Of a DNA stretch of 64,000 nucleotides, positions 1 to 11,982 are shown piece after piece. Every line of letters begins with the position of its first letter. The first letter of the stretch is position 1. Under the pieces are notes generated by a model, which saw only the letters and a list, made by a program, of their open reading frames with translations, was not told where the DNA came from and searched no databases. Source of the DNA: Felis catus (lineage: Eukaryota); the NCBI RefSeq assembly GCF_018350175.1, contig NC_058368.1:169696001-169760000 (forward strand). The letters run 5' to 3'. The position numbers were made by a program, and so were the translations under genes.

Positions 1-199
1 TGTTCTTTTTTTTTCTTCATCTTTAAAAGACCCATTTTTTTTTAAAGGGAATGGAATGGATGAACTACAGGAAAGGTTCTCCACATGAAAGCACTTACTC
101 CGCAGAGGCCCCATTGCCTAAAACACTTAGTCTAGATAAAAGAACAGACAACGAGCATATATCTGCAAGTTTTAGATGATGGAACTTTAAGATAATGAG

Positions 200-1358
200 T
201 TCTGCTTCAGATAGCACAGGGTGAAATAAAATCACAGAAGATGATTTGCAAACACTGACTGCCAAGCCTGGGGGTTAATTGCATGGATGGGAATGGAGGC
301 CCTGGGACAGAATAGGTTGGACTGCACTGGCTGCTGGATGCCCAGGTAGAGGTCTCAGGGAAGAGAACAGCTAGTCCATCAGGAGCATGTCCTAAGTGAA
401 GCCCATGAATCATCTGTAGCTCTACAGTTACATAAAATAAAACATTAGATATAACATCTGTTCTGTTAGGATGGTGAGGGGGTGAGTACAAACCAGGAGA
501 AAAGGATACATGACAAGTACAAACTATTGTAGCTATGAAGAATCAATAGAAAGTTGGTTGCAAATATATCTGTACTGGGAGTCAATGTAAAATTCAAAAA
601 AATCTGTTTTGCCACCTCCTTGTGACAGCATAAATAGATAGCAAATGACTAAAAGGTAAAAAATCATTTTGGGAATGTAGTGGTTACCTTCCCCACCCTA
701 TGAATATTGAAAATGTCATTTGTTACATCCAAACTTGGAAGAGTGGAGGCATGTGGCTCTCAATGAAGCATCTGCTTCCCTTCCTTGCTCTTCTGGCACA
801 AGAAGGCTGGTCTCTTTTTCCGTGCTGGAGGATGCTGGTTTTGAGGCTTGCCAACACGCCCTACACTCCCATGTCTGCTCGATGTCAGTGTCATATTTTA
901 TAGGTTCTTATAAGTTACTATGTCCAAGTTTCCTGCCATTAATCACCAAAACCTACCATCTTCACATTACTGAAATATAATCTAATGAATTCACATCCAC
1001 TGAAACAAACCCCCCTTTCCCTGGCTGCTGTAGTGCTGAAAAAGGAATAAGAATTTCCGGCAAGCTTTCTGATCAAATGCACTTCCACCAAGAAAGAATA
1101 ACCATGTCAATTCTAGCATCAACTTTTTTTTCCAGGGTGCATTTTTGCAAGTCTGTGATTGTTGCAGCATTAGTTAGAAAGACCTTTGACTTTATTAGAT
1201 AGCAACTATTGACCTTGGTTGGCCTCCCAAGCTGAACTGAGTCCAAATGACTGGTTGACAGGCTGGGTATTTTGTCACAAGACAAATTTCTTGACCATGC
1301 CAATTTACCTCAACTAATGTTAGCATTTGGGTAAAACAGTGTCCAAACCCCATTGCGT
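200..1358 (-). pseudogene. Pseudo-exon: NIDO C-terminus + AMOP + VWD N-terminal half (second module)
   Basis: CTLEKKVDARI (from 1141) resembles AMOP CPC..QA..D.RF. KRPAFLCQKSKEGKQMLH*EPH (816-751) matches MUC4 RRPHVGC...FGDPH, with Gly replaced by TGA. In the same frame ATNFLLILHSYNSLYLSCILFSW (561-493) is in exact register with MUC4 ATNFIAFAAQYRSSSLGPVTVQW. Confidence 0.75.
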
Positions 1359-1959
1359 GCAAAGATAACAGATACATGTAAGAAAATAGTAAAATGGAGA
1401 GTCATATCACATTTAAGGCTCTTTCTACAAAATAAATTCCAATCATAAATATTAGAACTTCATTTAAATTCATATAAGAAAATACATGCTACATGGTTCT
1501 TTACCTCACTGCTATTGCATATTCATTTAAATGCTCGTGATGTGTCTATCAACGTGTACTAATATAGTATTAGCAAAGACTAGTAAAGTTCTGAAAGATT
1601 ATGGTGGTGGAGATAAAAAAGATAGATCTGAAGGACATTTTAATATAGAATCCCCAGGAAAGTGATTCTATGTAGAGGAAGAAGGATTTGGATAGCTGAG
1701 CTTTTCCTCTTGGAGACAGCCTTAACTGAATTCTGGGAATGATGGATTCAAGGTGCCAATTGACATGAAGGAAATTAAAAATTAACTACTTAACACAGTA
1801 ACCCTTAGTGAATTAAGATGTCTGTCTGAAGATGTTCCCTGTGCACTCTAGCAAAGCAGGAGTGAGCCTTTGGTCTGGAGTCGGGCATGGAATCTCCGTG
1901 CAGGTTGCTGACAGTGCCTGGACTTGAGGTGCGCCTTGGGTAGATTTAAGAAATAACAT

Positions 1960-2254
1960 CTGGGGGAAAGCATATTAAAAAGCCAGGAGGATGTCTAAAT
2001 CTGTGTTTGAACTCATTCCAATAAACCCCATTGTAGAAGGAATGTCATTTTGTTTTTTAAAAAACCAACTTGATTTGGGACCCTGAACGCCCATCCTGTT
2101 CAGATAGTGGCACATCTGTCATTGGAGTTCCTTCTTCCCCTTGGGATTGCACCAAAAAAAAAAAAAGTTTTCGAAGTCCACTGTGTCCATCGCTGGCATC
2201 CTCACTATCCAAACCTTCAGTGTCTCCTGACATCCGGTAGCTCTCTGTTTTCAC
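1960..2254 (-). pseudogene. Possible pseudo-exon: N-terminal part of a second NIDO region
   Basis: SYRMSGDTEGLDSEDASDGHS..FFF and a downstream FYNG resemble the YG...GD...DG.S...F.F...DNG pattern that opens NIDO regions. Weak similarity, but the position fits. Confidence 0.3.
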
Positions 2255-3894
2255 ATCACATGGGATATGGGCATTTGACAGAGTCAGGACCCTCCATGCT
2301 TAGGTTTCTGTCCCCTTAGATGCCCATGGAACCACCTCTTTCTGAGGTCTTTGTGCCACAAGTGGCCACCTCAGAGAAGACCATGCTGTCATCCTGTTCT
2401 TTGGGTGCCCATCACTCTCTCTCCCCCGCCCGGGGAAATCCCGCCAGGTATTTGCTACTTCTCCCAAGCCCCTCTGCGTCTTCTGTCAGACCTTCTCCTC
2501 TTCAGTGTGTTTAGGGTTAAGGAAGCACAAACCAGAAAATCTAACAGGCTTCTTGTTTTGTACTTTGCCATGTACCTGCCCTAAGGCAATGAATCAAAGA
2601 GTTGGCTACCTGCTTTGATGAAGGAAGAAAAAGGGGAAAGCACAGGAAAGAAATCTACCTAAATTAATATCTCAAAATATTATGTGGCTGCTTCAGTCAT
2701 GAGCCTGAAGGGGCTAGGCAGAGAGAGAAATTCTAGATTTTAAAGCCAATGTGATGAAAAGCCTGGTGAGCCCACAGATTGCAGGCTTGGAGAAGTAAGT
2801 GGGAGGTGGAGCCTGAAATAGTTCCTTCAGCTGGGGTGGAAGTGTCTAGCTATCACATCTCTTCACAGGATGTTCAGGGTTCCATGGAAATGGGGGGAGA
2901 GGAAGCAGCATGAATTTTTCTTTCTGTATTTCCTTTTGAAAGAGCTAAGAGAGTAGAGGTTTGCCCTCAAAAGGAAGTTGGGTTTACCCTACTTTCTGCA
3001 GATTGATTGATCTGCTCTTGCATTTCTGCTTTCCTGGTACACCTTGCCCTCCCAGGCCCTGGAACTCAATGCTTTCATAACTCAGGGCAAAGCAGAGTTG
3101 GAAGGCTGGGGTGAGCAGAAGGGGAATATTAGTTGAGCCACTGCTGGGCTGGACTCAGTTATTGATTAACTTATGGAGCAGAGAAGACACAGCCGATGGT
3201 GCTCTTTCAAAATAAATCAGTATTCTGGGCACTGAAAGGGAAACCAGGTTTGAGGGGATTGCAAAGACAGGCTGAGAAAAGATCAAACCACAGAAGGTCA
3301 GGTACCACCAACAGGTTGCTGGCAGAATGAGGTAGCCTTTTTATTGAAGATCGTAGGCAGCTAGGGAAAGGCATCAAGGGAGGTTGTCTATTCATAGCTC
3401 CCTCGTTCCAATGCGGTCTGCATCTTTGAGTCCACCCAGAAAAGATCAAGAGGAAAAAGAGCTGGGAGTGGGGAGAAAGTGGTGGCTCAGCTGGCAATGA
3501 TGTGACGGGAGAGCAGCATGTATGTCTGATGAAGGGAGAACTCAGTAGAGCTTGAGGTACCACTCTGACATGGACATCACTCCGGGGTGGGGTGAAAGTT
3601 GGCAGAAGTATGAGGGACTGCCCCCCTTTCCCTGACAGGAATTGCCAAGTGCTAGAAACATCATCATGGGCTGGGCACCAGTATAGCTTCATTCATCTGT
3701 GTGGGCACGGCTGAGGGTGGGTGGGTGGTGCAAAGTCAGGCACAGACTGGGCACTGTCGTGAATGAGACCCCGGGGGTGGATGCAACCAAGCATGGACAG
3801 CTCGCTTCTCCTCACTAGGCCTTTCTTTTGTCACCTGTGTAGCGAGGATACACGTATGGAATTGTGAGTATCAAATGAGGTCATGCAGTGGTTT

Positions 3895-4360
3895 ATTCAT
3901 TAACTCATTCGTCTATTTGTTTTCTGGGTAGTGAGGATATCAGTGTAAAAATAAAGTCTCTGCCTCCACGGAGGACACAGACAACGAACAACTCAACATA
4001 GAAATATAAAAGACAGCGTCAGCTCCTAAGCAGTGATAGAAGCAAAGTGCAGCAGGATGAGTAGAGGAAGTGAAGGGGTATTAGGTGGGGCTTCTTGTCT
4101 AAAGGGGACATTTGAGGAGCCATGAATGAGCAATGGGAGCAAGCAATGCCTTTCTCTCAGGGAAGAGCATTCTAGGTTGTGGGAACAACAAAGAAAACCC
4201 TGAGACTGGAACAGACTTGGTGTGCTTGGGAAATGACTAAAAGCTGGTAGGAAAGGGAAGAGTCATAGGAAATGAGGTTAGATAAGGAGTCATATCATGT
4301 AGGGCCTTGTAAGCCAAAAGAAAGACTTAGGGTATTATTTTAAGTGTGTTGGGAAACCCT
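3895..4360 (-). mobile_element. L2 LINE fragment
   Basis: attcattaactcattc start and L2-type motifs (ggaagagcattctagg, gggccttgtaagcca). Confidence 0.7.
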
Positions 4361-4394
4361 GACATATTCACAGGTTTTAATTAAAACATATATA

Positions 4395-4575
4395 AAGCAC
4401 TTATGGTGTGTCGGGCTCTGATCTACTAATCACTAATTCAATCTTCACACCACCCTATGCTGTGCCCAGAGGCTAAGTGGGTCACTTGGTTGCCCAAGGT
4501 CACATGGTTGGCAAGTGGCAGAGCCAGGATTTGAACCCAGGCAGTGCGCCTTCGGATTAATGCTCTTCACTTCCA
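4395..4575 (-). mobile_element. MIR SINE
   Basis: ttgcccaaggtcaca...aagtggcagagccaggatttgaacccaggcag core. Confidence 0.85.
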
Positions 4576-4759
4576 CCCTTTGCACCATGTCTGGCACTTA
4601 GCAGGTGCTCGATGTACGATTATGCTGCTGCTGTTAAAACCCCTTCATGGCTTCTCATTTTCCTAGAAAAATATCCATACCTCTCACTAGGGTCTGCCTG
4701 CTCTGGTTCTGCCCGCCTCTGTGATTTCTTGTCATGCTGCCCCCCCACCCTCAGGCACA

Positions 4760-5100
4760 TGGGATCTTGTGCTTTCTTGAGCATTCCTAACCTTTCCCCT
4801 CCACTGCCTCTGCCCGGAATGTCTTCTCCCTCAAAGCCTTGGCCCAGGGCTGCTTATCCTCTTCCAAGATGAGACTACTGACCACAGATCTAATGGCTGG
4901 CCCACCCACTCTGTGATTTTTCTTTGTTTCTTGTTTCTTCATGACTTGCTACACTCTGCAATGATTGCATTTATTTATTCATTATTTGTTTCTGTATCTC
5001 CCATCCATTGGACTATAAGCTCCATATGAATGGGGCATTTGGCTTACTCACTCAGTATCCCTGGGGCCAGAACTCAAAACACACGTTTTGGATAAACGAT
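4760..5100 (+). mobile_element. L2 LINE 3' fragment
   Basis: cctctgcccggaatgtc and ggactataagctccat motifs. Confidence 0.6.
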
Positions 5101-5509
5101 GGTTTGGACAAATTAATATTTTATGAGTAGATTTTATGGGAAATTTCAATTTTTTTTCTTTTTTAACAATATATCCATTTGAAGATGGCATGATTGAAGT
5201 GTCAGAGTCTGTTACATCGAAGTTTTGGTAGTTTTTCTTTTCTATAGATGAGAAGGTTTTAAGTTTTTGTACAATTTCAGGACAAATAGAACTTCAATTT
5301 ACCTTTCAGAATTTACATCACTAATTTCATGTATTATTGACAGTTCTTTGTGTTGCCTATAATTTTTTTTCTAGTGAGAAATATTCTAAAAGTCAAGAGG
5401 CATCAAAATAATGAGTCTGCTTTAGCCTAAGTGGGTAATAGTTACATGCAAATATTTTAAAATATGGGAAATTATATGAGTATACATATTCTTTAAGGAA
5501 TCATTAATT

Positions 5510-5880
5510 AAGGCATTGATTCAAACAATAATTGAAACAGATGACATGTTATATTCTGGAGCACAAAGATAAATAAGTCAAAGTCCTTCTTCCCAGTGAC
5601 TTTATAATTTAATGGTAAAGACAGCTAAACATAATTACAACACATTTTGACAAGTTCTATGCTAGAAGGAAGCCCAAGATATAAGAGTATGTGAGACGAA
5701 GGAGAAGGAGAACCTAATTCTGGGCAGGGGACATTTGTCAGGGAAGGCTTTGTGGCTATGCTGCCTGAGATGAACGCTGAAGAGGTCAGAGATGGCATTC
5801 CTGGCTGAGGGAAGAGTGTGTTCAAAGGTACAGGAGTGTGAGAAGGCCGGGAACATCCTAGGAGCTGCAGGTAGAGCAGT
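5510..5880 (-). mobile_element. L2 LINE fragment
   Basis: gtcagggaaggctt...gcattcctggctgagggaagagtgtgttcaaagg. Confidence 0.6.
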
Positions 5881-6719
5881 TAGAGCCAAGCCTACATGGA
5901 TGTCCTTAAAGGGCTCCCTATTGGTAACAAGCACAGGCTGGTCATCTGGTTTGCAGATTTCTCCACGTTTACCCTACCCTTCCTCTAATTCCTATGGTAA
6001 ATCTCCACATTTACCCTACCTTAACCTCTAAGAGCTGTTTCCTGCTCCATTCAGGATTATTCTACATAGACTCCATATTTATTCTGACCTGTAAACCTTT
6101 ATTTTTTTTTTTATAATTATGTTCCCAGTCTGTAGTATCTCTCCCATTCTCTTATGGTATTTGAGCTTTTCACCAGCCTTCATTTCCTGTCCCAATTACT
6201 GCCTCTTCTGGAAAGACTTCTCTAACTGTACCTGTCCATGGTGCTCTCTCCCAGCTCTGAAATGATTTTATCCTTAAAAAAATACCCTTAAGAATCTATT
6301 TCATTATCTTTTAATTATTTCAAGTGTTAAATTTTTATTCCCAGTTCATTTGTGAATTTGGCAATGGTAGTACCCCTTTGTGATTTTAATTTATTTATGT
6401 AGCTAGGTGTAGGGCATGAACACTCTCAGACAGTACTACAGTTTGGGAAATATTAACTGATGCTTTTTTTTCCCCCAAGAGCATTGCTGTATGCTGATTA
6501 TGGTTTGGAGTTCCTAGCCTCTTGTACATGAGTGGTAAAATGGGCAGGTTTTATTTCTCCTACACTAGTGTATCATGTGACCTTGGGCAATTAAAAATAA
6601 ATGACTAGATCCATGTATATCAATATGTATACATCACAACAGAATGTTGAGTGAAAATAGAAACCTGCAGAATTATAAAGGATGATATCATCTAGGTAAA
6701 TTTAAAAAAATGATATATA

Positions 6720-6927
6720 GGGGCGCCTGGGTGACTCAGTCGGTTAAGCGGCCGACTTTGGCTCAGGTCATGATTTCGTGGTCTGTGGGTTCAAGTCCCG
6801 CGTCAGGCTCTGTGCTGACAGCTCAGAGCCTGGAGCCTGTTTCAGATTCTGTGTCTCCCTCTCACTGACCCTCCTCTGTTTATGCTCTGTCTCTCTCTGT
6901 CTTAAAAATAAATAAACGTTAAAAAAA
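6720..6927 (+). mobile_element. Can-SINE (SINEC_Fc type)
   Basis: ggggcgcctgggtgactcagtcggttaag head, CT tract, aataaa tail, TSD ttaaaaaaatgatatata. Confidence 0.97.
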
Positions 6928-7139
6928 TTAAAAAAATGATATATACTATACCATATTTTTAATGGTCACACACACACACACACACACACATATGTTAAAG
7001 TATAAAAACTGAACTAGAAGTATATACATGCTAATTAATGCTAATGGATTCAGAGAGAATGGTCAGAGAAGATTGCAATGTGACCTATTTTTATTTTATA
7101 AAATAAAAAGTCCAAAGCATATACAACAAAATATTTTTA

Positions 7140-7380
7140 TTTTATTTTATTTTTTTTTAATATGAAATTTATTGTCAAATTGGTCTCCATACAACACCCA
7201 GTGCTCATCCCAACAGGTGCCCTCCTCAATGCCCATCACCCACTTTCCCCTCCCTCCCACCCCCCATCAACACTCAGTTTATTCTCAGTTTTTAAGAATC
7301 TCTTATGGTTTGCCTCCTTCCCTCTCTGTAACTTTTTTCCCCCTTCCCTTCCCTCATGGTCTTCTATTAAGTTTCTCAGG
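7140..7380 (-). mobile_element. 5'-truncated felid L1 3' end (L1_Fc type)
   Basis: poly-T followed by aatatgaaatttattgtcaaattgg...catacaacacccagtgctcatccc. Flanking direct repeat atattttta. Confidence 0.9.
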
Positions 7381-7819
7381 ATATTTTTAATAGTCAATGC
7401 TATTTTTCCAGTAGTTAATATGGTATGGGATTGTTTGTTGTACTATTTCTTATATTTTTCTCTGAAGATTTTTCTCAAACACATAAACATATACGTACAC
7501 ACAGAGCTTGCATGTGTGTTCAAGAGCTGGAACATTTAGGAGAAACAGAGACAAGGAAGATAGGGACATAGCTTGAACAACTCAATTATTGTGAGTAGAA
7601 AATTTTCTTGTAAAATATTCAAGCTCCTGCTAGTTCACCATTATTGCTCCTTGTAGCTCAGGAGACAATTCTAGTAAAAATAAATTCTATGGCCTTTGCA
7701 CGGTCTTTGGTTTTACTGTAGGCTTCATAAGACAACGTGGGAGCTGCCCTAAAGGACTTCAGTAGACTCTCTCTGAGTGAACTGAAGCTTTCTCTCTGCC
7801 TTTTCTGAGTTGCATGACT

Positions 7820-8180
7820 TCAGGTGAGGTTAATGGACATTAGTTTTACCAGTAGGTGGACTATATGGGGCCTGAATTTTAATGCCTGAGCTCCTGACAT
7901 TCTAAGGTGAATAATGACTCGGGAGATAGATACAAGTAGATACAAGTGGATAGAAAGCGTCAAGGGGCTGACCATTAACATTCCTGTAAAAGCTGAGAGG
8001 GCGGGGTAGGTCGAGGGGTTCAGCAGTGATCTAGAGCCCAGAGGACCTGAGGATGTCGCCAACTTACAAGATCTGAACTGTTCTCACTTAAAGTCACATC
8101 AGTGGGAAAGATGGTAAGACTTTGAAGGAACAAATTGAGCTGATTCGACAAAATTGTGTGACCTTACAACCAAGTTCAGC
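7820..8180 (-). pseudogene. Two candidate pseudo-exons (8180-8068 and 7983-~7820), probably VWD continuation
   Basis: Strong acceptor tctctttgttgtctcttcag|, donor |gtaagt at 8067, an 84-bp gap, then acceptor cttttacag|. Peptide similarity is only suggestive (KVTQFCRISS). Confidence 0.4.
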
Positions 8181-8229
8181 CTGAAGAGACAACAAAGAGA
8201 CAATTGAATCCAAAAAGGAGCGCCTCATT

Positions 8230-8475
8230 ATTTTATTTTATTTTATTTTATTTTATTTTATTTTATTTTATTTTATTTTATTTTATTTTAGGGACAGAGA
8301 GAGACAGAGCATGAACGGGGGAGGGGCAGAGAGAGAGGGAGACACAGAATCGGAAACAGGCTCCAGGCTCCGAGCCATCAGCCCAAAGCCTGATGCAGGG
8401 CTCGAACTCACGGACCGCGAAATCGTGACCTGGCTGAAGTCGGACGCTTAACTGACTGCGCCACCCAGGCGCCCC
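8230..8475 (-). mobile_element. Young Can-SINE with (TTTTA)n tail
   Basis: Ends ccacccaggcgcccc, retains many CpGs. Confidence 0.97.
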
Positions 8476-9029
8476 TGATTATTTTAATACTAACTCACAG
8501 AGGGAAGTTTCTTTGAAATCCACATCTGCCTAGCTTCCTAAGAATAGGTCTTGGAGTAGGCATTTAAATATCTTTAAAAATTATGTACACGTACGTGTGT
8601 GTATATGTGTGTATGCACACATGCATATACACATTACTTGCACACGTGGACATAAACATATGTGAAGGATATATATACATGTGTCGTGGTAATGTATAAA
8701 TGTACACTTCATATATAGACAATATGTACATAGCTCCCAATGCATCAGTTCCTATGATCAAGAAACGGAGCAAAGCAGCAAGCAGCACATGGTAAGTACT
8801 AAAGCGCAGGTTACTATTGTTATTATTAACAGTAATGATAAAAATTTGCTGTTAAACTTAGGGGAAAAATGTACACGGAGGTCTAGCTAGAGAGACAAAA
8901 GAGTCTGACCTAGTGTGAATACTTGGCTCACAGGTTAGCAGCACAGAGGTTCCCTTTGGAAACGGCCTTCCCTTTGCTGTTGAACAACGGTGTGAGGCCC
9001 CACAGTTCATGCTGCATTTCTCTAGCACT

Positions 9030-9150
9030 CACACTCACCCTGCGAGGTGGCATGACCATCGCCATTCTAGAACTTCAGAAACTGAGGCTTAGCGAAGGTA
9101 AGCAACTTTCCCAAGGCTGCAAAGCAATTAAGCGGTAGATCTGAGATTTC
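9030..9150 (-). mobile_element. MIR fragment
   Basis: gaaactgaggcttagcgaaggtaagcaactttcccaagg core. Confidence 0.75.
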
Positions 9151-9446
9151 ATCTCGAGTTCAGTTCCCCCAACCATATTTTGTAATGTGGTTGATCCATA
9201 AGCCCTGAATGGTGAGTTCTCAAAGCAGACCTTTGCAGGCCAGCTGGAGTGCTGGCTTTGGGTTGTGGGCAGTCTTTGGACATTTCTCCGTGTTGGTCTA
9301 TTCTCTTGTGTGTCTTGAAGGCACCCGTCTCGTTGTGTGTTAGCATTTTGCAAGCAGAGTTTTCTCTTTGAATGAATAGTTTCTCTTTGAACAAGGATTT
9401 TCCTTCCCAAGGGGATCCCATGGACACATTTATGATCATGGATAGA
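9150..9446 (-). pseudogene. Pseudo-exon: AMOP C-terminus + start of first VWD
   Basis: Acceptor tctttcttctgcaag|. WPAKVCFENSPFRAYGSTTLQNMVGGTE (from 9242) has the [R]P-x3-C...G..H..T.DG layout of the AMOP/VWD junction, with W explicable as CGG>TGG. It ends against a MIR. Confidence 0.55.
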
Positions 9447-9484
9447 CTTGCAGAAGAAAGACAGCAGAAATGATCAGCTTTCAA

Positions 9485-9715
9485 TAGCTAATGTTTATTT
9501 AGCACCTAGTATGTGCCAGGCACTGTTTTAAGTGCTTTACGTGTATTAGTATTTCAGTCACTTAATCCTCACAATAACACCATTACGTAGATACTATTGT
9601 TCTCTGATTTTACAGTTGAAGAAACAGGCACCCAGTGTTTACGTATGTTGCGGAAGTCACAGTCTTTCAGTGGCAGAGCTAGGATTTAAGCCCTGGCAGC
9701 CCAGCGCCAAAGTTC
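9485..9715 (-). mobile_element. MIR SINE
   Basis: tttatttagcacctagtatgtgccaggcactg...taatcctcacaat...ttttacag. Confidence 0.85.
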
Positions 9716-9989
9716 TTGCACAGTGGAGGCAATGATCGCTACTTACAGCCCCGTGGGCTTTATATCATGGTAATAGAGTTGTGTACAAAGCAAAATGGCA
9801 GTTAGCAGAAAGAGTTCACTCTATCTCAGCAACCCAAAGGCTTTGCTACCCAAAGTTAAAGATATGCTTCTTCTAGGATTGTGTCACTGGCATCTAATTT
9901 TAGAGCAGTTAGGTAGCAGCAGGGATTCTAACCCATATTTACTGAAATCAAATTAAATGTCTGCTCATTTTGTTATCTTGGAAATATAC

Positions 9990-10187
9990 CTTGCTTTAAT
10001 GATATGCTAAGTAGATACAATGTCATGGCAAGATCACAGAGTATACCATCTTTGTTAGCTATACATAGGCGGGCTTTTGTGATGTTATTTTTATGGGAAT
10101 TCATGATTTTGGTTGTCTGATTTATGCATACTCCAACTTCTTTTATGCTCGACATTTTGCTTGTTTTTCTTTCACAAATTTGCCTTG
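9990..10187 (-). pseudogene. Candidate pseudo-exon, Cys-containing AMOP-like segment
   Basis: Bounded by ctctgttacaag| and caag|gtatat, phase 1 at both ends, 198 bp and fully open: RQICERKTSKM...RLCIANKDGILCDL. Confidence 0.4.
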
Positions 10188-10379
10188 CTTGTAACAGAGA
10201 GTGTATTTTGGGTTCAAATGGATAAGGTAGCCTAAGACATTCCAGGCCCCAGGAGTTCTCAAATATTCTAATGCTTTCTAGTTAGAGAGAAAGAAACAAG
10301 TTATAAGGTAATAAGAAGCACTCAGGAGAACACACAGCTGCTAAATTTCATTCTGCTTGTTCTCATTTATAGCATATAC

Positions 10380-10844
10380 GCAGAGATCTGCAATGTTTAA
10401 CTCCTTTCTGTGCCACAGAGAATGGTTGGATCTTAGATTTCCATCCTTGATTGCAGAAGCCATTGCCCTAGCCATTTCTACCAAATGGACAGGTAACTTG
10501 TGGTCCAGAAGACAGAATACTATATTATATAGATGTCATCAGAAACATGTTCAGGGAACCACATGAATTTTGAGGACACCATCTTTTATTAGGTAAATCT
10601 GAATCCATGGAGCTTTTATTCATTTTGATTCCACAGTCTTTAACTTCAGATCACTGAGCGGGTTTAGTGTACTGAGCAAAGGCCTTGCTAGATGTCTAGA
10701 CCAGTCCAGGCCTAGGCCAAATGGTGATGTTGGTGAACTTTTTCAGTGTTGAACTTTCCCAATATGGCATCTCCTTTTCCTGTCATGGTGAGGCCACCTC
10801 TGGTGAATCATGCCTATGACTCCACTTTCCTGCTCCTATCAAAC
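10380..10844 (-). pseudogene. Candidate pseudo-exon: start of second AMOP
   Basis: QVTCP at 10500-10486 versus MUC4 AMOP QVSCP. Possible cccag| acceptor and |gtatat donor. Many stops. Confidence 0.4.
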
Positions 10845-11344
10845 CTGGGGCTCATGAAATAATTTGAGAAAATCACTTGCAGTAACAGGTGATTGACAAG
10901 ATCTGTTTGTTTGTTTATTTCTATTATATTTTGGGACATTTGCATTTTAATAGAATTCCAGTCTTCAACCAAAAGAATTAATGCATTCTAGAAGTAAGGA
11001 ACTGGTCAACCAAGCATATTTTTGGAGTTGAACGTTTCTTTCTAATGCTCATGAACACATAAATGGCCACTTTTACTGCATACTTAGAACATTGACCTTG
11101 CATATTAAATATTCACTTGAAGAGAGAAATAAACTGTGTGCCAAGACCTTTTGTTCACTATTAAAGGCAAATAATGAGAGTAAATATAAATTATCCTTAA
11201 CTACAATGCAGCAACACAGTTTGATAATATGCAAACTAGCAAAAGCTATTTTACATATAAAATTAATATTAAAATCAAAATTTCTGTAACTTGAATTTTG
11301 CACACTCTACGGTACAATAATAAAGCTAAAAGGAGCTTTAAAGC

Positions 11345-11490
11345 TCAATGTTTTGAAAGTGTGGTCTTTATACCAGCACACTTTCCCATATCACATCAGA
11401 AACTCTGGGGGTGAGCCCAGCAGTCAGTGTTTTAACAAGCTCTCTGAGTGTTTTCAGGGGGCAAATTATGCTCAGAGACTGAGATCTGTT
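11345..11490. mobile_element. MER5-type hAT-Charlie MITE
   Basis: aaagtgtggtc...cagaaactctggggg...cccagcagtcagtgttttaacaagctct. Confidence 0.75.
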
Positions 11491-11534
11491 TTTGTCAATA
11501 ATTTATATAACACAGGTTTATTGCGGGAATTATA

Positions 11535-11710
11535 ATTTTTTTGAGAGAGAGTGAGAGAGAGAGAGGCAGAGGGAGACAGGGGAGAGAATCTCAAGCAGGC
11601 TCCATACTTGGTGTGGAGCCCGACGTGGGGCTCAATCCCATGATCCTGGAATCATGACCCGAGCTGAAATCGAGTTGGGTGCTCAACCGAGTGAGCCGCC
11701 CCGGCACCCC
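11535..11710 (-). mobile_element. Older Can-SINE
   Basis: gagagaatctcaagcaggctcc...gagtgagccgccccggcacccc. Confidence 0.9.
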
Positions 11711-11982
11711 AGAGTTATAAGTTTTAATAGTAACATTGCACAAGCCAAAAGCAGATAGGGTGATGTATCTTATTAAGCCAATAAAGAAATAACACACTCC
11801 AAACCAATGATAGAGTAATTGCACTAGAGCACTATTTGTTCTAGGCAAAGAGGAGAGGAAAGAAAGTCCAAATTTAGCTGGGGTATATCTTTGTACAACT
11901 TGTTCTTGGTAGAATCAGTCCTTCCAACTAAAAACTGTGAATCAGCTTCTAGCTAAGGTCCGTTGCTGCTGGGGGCACATAC

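Noticed and set aside
3207..3692. 161-aa minus-strand ORF within the pseudogene span
   Set aside because: I could not match any NIDO, AMOP or VWD motif.
6720..6800. tRNA-like A/B boxes (also in other SINE heads) and the recurrent SINE-derived ORFs
   Set aside because: These are tRNA-derived Can-SINE heads, not tRNA or protein genes.
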